Assembly: GCA_964016885.1 (NCBI GenBank)
Contig: OZ024740.1
Span: forward strand, 153,326,001 to 153,390,000
Direction of reading: 5' to 3'
Length of the DNA: 64,000 nt
Source: Eledone cirrhosa
Lineage: Eukaryota
Shown here: piece by piece, positions 58,501-64,000 of the stretch
Layout of the letters: each line of letters begins with the position of its first letter
How positions within the stretch are numbered: the stretch's first letter is position 1
The notes under the pieces: model-generated
The model's input: only the letters and a program-made list of their open reading frames with translations
Databases searched by the model: none
What the model was told of the DNA's origin: nothing
Position numbers and translations under genes: made by a program

Positions 58501-58676
58501 CGAAGGAAATGTGGTAAGGAACCAGGTGGACCATAACGCACCAAAGTACTCAATACTTGAGGTAGTAGAGTGGGTAATAGGAACCAGTAAGACCCCGACA
58601 GCTGAGCTCAAGCCGTTTCGACGGCTAAATTAGCCGTCGAAACGGCTTGAGCTCAGCTGTCGGGGTCTTACTGGTT

Positions 58677-58715
<39 letters not shown>

Positions 58716-59108
58716 CTTAAAATAACAGATTAAAGTTTAAGCAAAGAATCGCTGCTTTCACCCTTAACGGGATCTTCTGAAACAAACAAAGTCAATCTGT
58801 AAACGCAGAAGTGGATATTTCAAAAAACGTTGCAACCGGTACGGTTCTTATATATTTGATATATATTTATCCTTATCGAGCCCTCTTTGAATTTTAGTCT
58901 TGAAATTTATTATTATTAATATATATATATATAACAAAGGAATTGTGGTAAGGAACCAGATGGACCAGAACGCACCAGAGTACTCAATACTTAGGGTAGT
59001 AGAGTGGGAAATAGGAAAAAGTATGACCCCGACGGCAGAGCTGAAGCCGTTTCGACGGCTATATGGCCGTCGAAACGGCTTGAGCTCTGCCGTCGGGGTC
59101 ATACTTTT

Positions 59109-59153
<45 letters not shown>

Positions 59154-59470
59154 TTGTTTTTCTTACAAACTAATGTCATCTCGTTTAGCCCTAAAATATA
59201 TTATCTCTCGCCACTCTTTCACATATAGACCGATTAACTTGCAATAGCGTGAAGCTCCTAGTCATGACAGCGATGATCATTGATGTTAACAGCTTCCTTG
59301 AGTGTGAGGTGAACATATTTTGAAGCATGGCCTGTATTTATTTTTCCTCGGAAGAATGAAACCTAAACATGGATGTAACAAAATAACACACACTATACAG
59401 TATTCTCGCGATATTACAGCTGCCATTAAAGGAATACTTCTTAATAAATATCATGTCTTCGTTTTCACAG

Positions 59471-59530
59471 ATGTACCATTCGTTCGAAATACTGAGGAAA
59501 ATGTAACTTTTCAAAATACATCTTTAATAA
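59471..59530 (+). CDS. Candidate micro-exon B5 (60 nt, identical to B3)
   Basis: tcttcgttttcacAG | 60 nt | GTGAGT. Confidence 0.8.
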
Positions 59531-59542
59531 GTGAGTTGTACA

Positions 59543-59620
<78 letters not shown>

Positions 59621-59621
59621 C

Positions 59622-59700
<79 letters not shown>

Positions 59701-59979
59701 AACAAGTATGACCCCGACGGCAGAGCTCAAGCCGTTTCGACGGCTATTTCTGGACGCTTTCAGTCCAGAAATAGCCGTAATAGAAGTGGTCACACAACAG
59801 TTAGTTCACCATACCGAGAACAATTGTTTCACCTTAGCGGATCCTCAGCTCGTAATGGACATTGAGGTGAAACAATTGTTCTCGGTATGGTGAACTAACT
59901 GTTGTGTAACCACTTCTACCTAACTCGTCCCATGGACTGAGTGCTCTACCACTACGGATATTACCTTCCAGTGTTCTAC

Positions 59980-60033
<54 letters not shown>

Positions 60034-60204
60034 GTGGGAAAGTAAAAAATCGGAGAATAGACCGTTAAAACATGTTTATTTAAAATATCACCTACGTACG
60101 TTTCGCCCAGTTGGGCTTCTCAAGGGCATAAATATTCACAAGTGTTCCATATATAGTTCGGAAAGAGTTTTGGGGGTTAAATCTACTACATATATATATA
60201 TATA

Positions 60205-63200
60205 TATAACTTTGATAACTTTGATTTCGGCCAGTATTTGCCCAGGCCATGTCTAACTTAATAGCACCACCTGGCGAAGTCTTACAAATCAGTGTTTGGG
60301 CACCATGGCCCACTCGAGCAGAGAGTTATTGTTTACGGAGGCATATCCGGGTGTAGGAGGCTTATCCGGGATTTCTTGAAGGAATTTATCCAAAGACTTC
60401 TTGAACTTGATGGGGACCGTCTCTGCTTTGATGTGTCTCGGTGTAATGTTAAAGAGTGCAGGGCCAATTGAGGTGAAATAATTGTGAGGTTTTTGTCGTG
60501 GGCGGATAGCAGGGGCCCAAGCCTTGGGTGTACACTAAAGGTGATGCCAACATCATTTGGGCAAAGCTGATGAAATACTTTCCACTTCATACAGATAATG
60601 TAGCGCTCACGGCGATGTTGGAGATAATAAAGTTTGAGCTTTTCTAATCGACTCCAATAGTCAAGCCCTGTCATGCCATCTATCTTGTTTGTAATTGACC
60701 TTTGGGGTGCTTCAACTTTCATGATACTTTGTTTCGTGTGGGGTGACCGCAGTGGACAACAGTATTCAAGGTGGGGTCGGGCAAAAGTGGAGAAGAGAAG
60801 GATAACAGTGTGGATATCTCTCGACTGGAAAGTTCTAAGAACCCAGGAACACATTCTGCGGGCCATATCAACTTTGCTATTTATATGGGTGGCCCAGCTT
60901 ATGTTGTTGTCCACAATTACTCCCAGGTCTCTGATGTTATTGGATGCCATAGAGTTTCACCCGAAGGAAGAGAGTATGGTAGTTTCAGGGCATCCTTTTT
61001 TCCAGTGGATTAATTCAAATTTATCCTCATTCAACAGCATATTATTCATTTCTGCCCATTGGATAACAGCCAGTAGTTCTGATTGAAGGCAAGTCCGGTC
61101 ACCCACCTCATTGATGACCCTTTGGAGCTTGGAATCATCTGCGAAGATTCTGATGTTGCTGTGCTTGATGATGTCAGTAATGTCATTAATGTAGATGATG
61201 AAAAGAAGTGGGCCCAACACAGTGCCTTGTGGGACGCCACTGCTGACTTTGGCAGGGTTTGACTTTACTCCTTCGACTACAACATGCTGGGTTCTGCCTG
61301 TCAGGAAACATTTGATCGACTGTAGTAACCTTTCAGAGACACCAACATTGGATAGTTTTTTCAGTAGAATCTTATGATCAACCCTGTCGAAGGCCTTGCT
61401 GAAGTCAAGGTAGATGACATCAGTGTTGGAGCCCTCTCCCAAAGCTCTCAAAACATCGTCAAAGGGATGCAGGGGCTGCGTTAGTTAGTCCCTTCCATTA
61501 CGGAACCCATATTGGTTGGAGTTCAGCAGGCCGTTGCTTTCAAGAAAGTGGGTTATTCGTGATCTCACCACCCTCTCAAATACCTTGATAATATGAGAGG
61601 TGAGTGAGATCGGACGGTAGTTCACTGCAAGGGACTTATTTTCCTTTTTGAAGACTAGGACAACGGACTGGGACAGAAAGTTTTCAGGAATATAGCCAGC
61701 GTCCAATGAGTTCTTCCACAGATTAGCAAGAGGAGCTGCAAGTTGGTGTCGACACACCTTCAGGACACAAGCAGGGAACCTGTCAAGGCCTACTGCTGAA
61801 TTGTGTTTAATTTCGTTTATTGCCGCTAAGACATCAGGGGCGCCAAACGTTATGTCTGATATAGTGTGTTGGGGATTAACATCACTGATACGGCCCAGAT
61901 CGGCCATATCGGGGTTGCTGAAAACAGAGCAGTACTGTTTCTGCAGTATCTCGCCCATGGTTTTGGCATTGTCCTGGAGTGTGCCATTTTCATCAACTAG
62001 GGGCCAACAGTGGAGACGGTGACCTTGTGTTTTTTTAGCAAATGAAAATAACACTTTGGAGTTGAGTTTGATTTTCTCAATGGCCCACCTCTCTTCAGCT
62101 ATTCTCTGGTTATTGACGATGTTATATTGCTGGAGGTTATATTTTTTTTTACTCAAGCAGGATGATAGCCATTGAATTAGTGTGTTGCTGTTGGCAGTAT
62201 TTTAGTGTGTTAATTTTTTTGTTTGTTCTTCTGATAATTGTTTTTTCTGTTTTGGGGGATACTGCACTTGGTTTTGTTCACAGGTTTTGGTGGTGTGTGT
62301 TTTGTACATATATTTGTGACAGTGTTTACAAAGATCTGCCAAGATGTTTTGATGTTGGTGGAAGTGTGTGCGTGTGTAAAAGACCAGTCGACATGTGATA
62401 GTTCGTTCATAATTGCATTCCAGTTGGCATTGTAGAGATCCATGTTATCAAATGGGTGGGCTGGAGAGAGGACCCTGGGATTAGCTTTCGGCTGGTGGAA
62501 TCTCAGGTTACAAAGAACCATGTCATGGTCTGAGAGAAGGGTTTTTTCCACTGTAATATCATGTATAGTGTTAGTGTGGTTACTAAACAATAGATCCAGA
62601 ATGTTCTTCTGATGCCTCGTTGGTGCAAGGGCAAGTTGGGACAAGAAAAGCTCATTCATGAAGTCAAGAAGTGACTCGACAGCCTCTTTGTCAGTGGTTG
62701 AGGCTGTGGAGCCTGGTTTCAAACTACATGTAGACCAATCGACACAGGGTAGATTAAAGTCTCCCATCAAAAGTATGTTGCTAGAATGGCACTATTTAAT
62801 AAAGCATTTAATACTGTTGAGGCACTCTTTGAAGCAGATTATGGGTGTTTGTGGTGGCCTATAGAGCCCAACTAATGTCAGGTCATTGGCTTTATTGTGC
62901 ACAGTGACTGGTTCACAGTATCCATTAGAGAATGTTGCGTTGCCATCTGCCGTAAAGGAATAATGCAGGAAAATGGCAGTTCCACCCTTCCTTTTGCCAA
63001 CACGATCCGCACGGATGGTTGTGAAATTTCTCACTCTTACTTCGGCCTCCAAGTGGGAGTTGTCAAGGTGGGTCTCAGTAAAAATGAAGAAGGGGATGTG
63101 AAATGGATGGTTACCAACCCAATCCTCAATTAATTGGATCTTCCATTTCTGTGCATTGATGTATGGGCTGATACCTTGTGTATTGAGTAAGAATGTGGAC

Positions 63201-63267
63201 ATTCGATTCGTTGGAAATTATGCAAACAAGCCTCAATTTTATAGCCAGATTACAGTTATTGTTTTCA
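60205..63267 (-). mobile_element. CR1-like LINE, duplicate copy
   Basis: ORF fragments near-identical to 33578-36640, with the same disruptions. Confidence 0.9.
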
Positions 63268-63287
63268 GCCAGGTAGAGCGAAATTTT

Positions 63288-63385
<98 letters not shown>

Positions 63386-64000
63386 GAAGTATTTCCGCCA
63401 GAAAGGTACAGGAAAAAAGAGTGCTCTATGTAGGCTACAGAGCTTATTAGTTATGTAATAAACAACATAAGATAATTATTTCATTTACCAGTGGTTTCTT
63501 GAAGGCAGATGTTGTGTCTATCTTCGTGTAAATTCCAATGAAAGTGACTTGTGACTATGTTAGAAACCAGCTCTATTGGTGAAAATTTATAAAATAACTG
63601 TTTCTACTATTGGCACAAGACCATAAATTTCCCCAGTGAATTATTGGTGCTTCATTTTATCGACCCCGTAAAGATGAAAGGCAAAGTTAACCCCAGTGGG
63701 GTTTGAACTCGGAACGTAAATGGCCATAACTCTATGCTTCAAAGCATGGTTTCTGACGCTCTACCTATAGTGCCAGTTCACTGCCCTTTAAAAAATGTAT
63801 AAAATAATTGTTTCTACTTTTGGTACAAGGCCAGCAATTATCCCAGCATGTTACTGGTACTTTATTTTATCGACCCCGTAAGGATGAAAGGCAGAGTTAA
63901 CATTTGCGGGATTTGAACTCAGAACGTAAAGGGAGGTAGCTATGCTGTAAAGTATGGTGTCCGACCCTCTACCGATACTGCCAATCCAGAAAGCAGAACA

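Overview
Eukaryotic (animal) DNA: AT-rich, dense in microsatellites and retroelements. A tRNA-derived SINE resembling octopod SINEs suggests a cephalopod (recalled, not searched). Most of the window is transposon debris: two R4/Dong-like RLE LINEs (one apparently intact), Penelope-like elements, CR1-like LINEs, a CRE-like fragment, RTE-derived repeats, deleted mariner copies and SINEs. These are organised into nested tandem segmental duplications. Hidden among them, and not resolved by the ORF track, is a + strand array of 14 candidate micro-exons in two families: nine type A (42 nt, one 30 nt) and five type B (60 nt). All have polypyrimidine-AG and GT(A/G)AGT boundaries, are symmetric phase-1 and are stop-free in any combination. 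Paralogous exons differ at up to about a third of sites, almost entirely non-synonymously, while flanking intron sequence differs by only a few percent. This suggests the middle of a rapidly diversifying, possibly combinatorially spliced micro-exon gene whose ends lie outside the window. Second theme: many minimal type I hammerhead ribozyme motifs from several Penelope-related families, including U3-A8 core variants and a 591-bp tandem unit.
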